Of a DNA stretch of 64,000 nucleotides, positions 61,751 to 64,000 are shown piece by piece. Position numbers and translations under genes: made by a program. Location of the stretch: contig OZ037766.1 of assembly GCA_964035545.1 (NCBI GenBank), positions 1,984,001 through 2,048,000 of the forward strand, given 5' to 3'. Position 1 is the first letter of the stretch, and each line of letters starts with the position of its first letter. The notes beneath the pieces were generated by a model that saw only the letters and a program-made list of their open reading frames with translations, was not told the origin of the DNA and made no database searches. This stretch comes from Bugula neritina (lineage: Eukaryota > Animalia > Bryozoa).

Positions 61751-62653
61751 TATACATAACTACATTGTATAACTTGTTACAAATTGAAAATATATAATTT
61801 ATCTCTTACATTTTTCTCTGTTGGCCGTTGGGTGGGTGTTGTCATTAGCTTTGTTTATCAGAATGTGTAGTAATGCAGTATGTAACTTCGAATTTTGTCA
61901 GTTTTTGCTAGTAAACAGATATGGTTTAGAATTTTAATAAATTGAAATAATTTGTTATAGCAATATAATATTAAAATAGGTAGGTATAATGAAAAATATC
62001 TTTAGTAGCTTTCACACACCACACATTAATATTGTTTTGTTATGATTATAACATAGTTGGAACTTATGAAAACATTGTATTAAATGTTTTAGTAAGTTTC
62101 CTTTCTTCCTGTTTGTGCAATTCCATGTTTGTGGGTAAACCTGTCAAAATGCTGTTTACTTATTCCCTTATCGACCTTACATAAGTTATAAACCATCACG
62201 ATAATAATAATAATATTATTATATCATGTACCTATATCTGCCCTTTAACCTTATGTAGTAAACAAAATAGTTACAGCGGACGCCTGTAAAACGTCTAATT
62301 TTACTAGAGCGTTTTATTGAAAATTATTGCAGTGTGCGCACTTTGAGATTCGACTGTACTATTGCGCAAATTGACCTCTTAACGCATGTTTACGGAGTAC
62401 CACAATTGTTGGCACAAACAGGCTTTGTTTGAACTTGTATATAAAACTAAGACCTCAAAGTGATCGCGTAATTCAAGAAAGTGAAACTGCTGAGATTGAC
62501 ACTTCCATAAGCTACAAGTATGTATTATATTAATTATTAACATCAACAAGTTGCAACATCAAAAATCAAAATGAATATTTCGATAATTATAATATTAATA
62601 TTCAACTTCAACTGCTATTGCTTTATCACCCTTCTTAAAACTAAAAAGAGGTT

Positions 62654-62790
62654 GTAGTACTAGTACTAGTAGTACTACTACTACTAGTACTACTACTAGT
62701 ACTGTAGTAGTACTACTAGTACTACTAGTACGTACTAGTAGTAGTAGTACTACTACTAGTAGTACTAGTTAGTTATTAGTAGTTACTGTT
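62654..62790. repeat. (TAG/TAC)n low-complexity, partly palindromic repeat
   Basis: Alternating TAGTAG / TACTAC blocks. Confidence 0.85.
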
Positions 62791-64000
62791 AGTGTTAGTA
62801 ATACTTACTAAAAGTAAAACAAGGTGAAAGATAGTTAAACTTAAAGTTCATGTTATGAATTAATTTTATACATATGTGATATGATAATGGATATTGAATA
62901 CTCATAATCATATTGATTTTGATATATTTTAACTTAGTCTTATAGCTATACTTACGGTTAATGTTATACTTCATCTTTATACTCTTCATCATTATGAGAA
63001 TCAGATTGTGATCATAGTCATTATGATATGATTGAAGCAATTTTTGGTTTAGGAATTTAGCTATAATTATAATAAATATAATAATTAAAAAAATATTCGT
63101 AATGATAAACACGAAATTACATAATGCTAGTACTAGTAGTAATAATACTATAAATAATATTTGATTTACTAATACTACTAATTTGTATTATAATAGTAAC
63201 AGTCATACATTGATATAATCATAGTTATAATCATTGTTTATTATGGTTATAATTATTTATTATCATTATGACTATAGACATACTCTTACTTAGATCTATA
63301 CTTATAGTCAATGTCATGATGTTACTGGTAGTTTAAGTTGTAGTAATTAATGAATAATCATAATGGTTATGAGGATGTGCGAAATAATTCTTGTTTATTG
63401 CATTAGGATTATAGATTGGGATTACATTGATTCAATTTCATTATGATCAGTAGTCATATTTTTATTTATTCACGTATAGTTATCCTTGTCTTTTGGTATT
63501 ACTATTAATATTAGTCATGTTATTAGCCTAAGTTGTACTTATTTGAAATTTGTGTTTGCCAACTCCTATAGTAATAGTAGAATAATATTCGATAATAGTA
63601 ATAGTAATTTAATTAACAATAGAGAGACTAGTGCCTTAGGGCTTAGCCTATTAGTAACAATACATATGCCATATATGTCAATGATTGATTACTGACATTG
63701 TAACTGTAAATTTCCATTTTGTTATGACAGCATTTTGCAATGAATCTGCTTTAGCAAAAAGCCCATTATAAATGAAATTTGAACGATTGTAACAAAGTTG
63801 ATTTTTATGACTAGTGGCCATGATTCTTGAAGGAAGTAGTTATCAGTGAGTACCTTACCAGGAGTAATGGCTTGAGCTTAAAACCCTATCAGTTATTGTG
63901 ACTTGGCTACCTGGTATTTATTGTGTATCAGCTGGAGTTGATGGTGTGATTAAAAAATTCAGATAGATGGACACATTCATTCACTAACTGTGTTAAACTT

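Overview
AT-rich, intron-rich animal (invertebrate-like) genomic DNA. It holds two tandem + strand paralogues of a TRPM-family cation channel: gene A, about 27 coding exons, CDS 9262-34664, about 1427 aa; gene B, about 24 coding exons, CDS 38044-60185, about 1280 aa. Neither has a C-terminal NUDT9H or kinase domain. Each gene carries an intronic, sense-oriented Ty3/Gypsy LTR retrotransposon of the same family (element 1: 20302-27749; element 2: 40726-46152). The two elements are complementary. Element 1 keeps RT/RNase H/integrase, but all four ligands of its Gag CCHC knuckle are substituted. Element 2 keeps the knuckle but lacks the RT/RNase H and integrase cores with its reading frame preserved. 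Both share a tRNA-Leu PBS, a covarying -1 frameshift hairpin, a pre-PPT hairpin, and a non-env third gene (zinc fingers plus coiled coil) split by a conserved phase-1 intron after a 25-nt ATG mini-exon. Also present: a miniature LTR element (TRIM) whose about 105-bp LTRs contain a tRNA-like sequence, with solo LTRs; tRNA-SINE copies; a TTAA-flanked MITE; LINE debris; and many intronic minisatellites made of duplicated splice sites. All exon models and alignments were derived by hand from the sequence, not from expression data.
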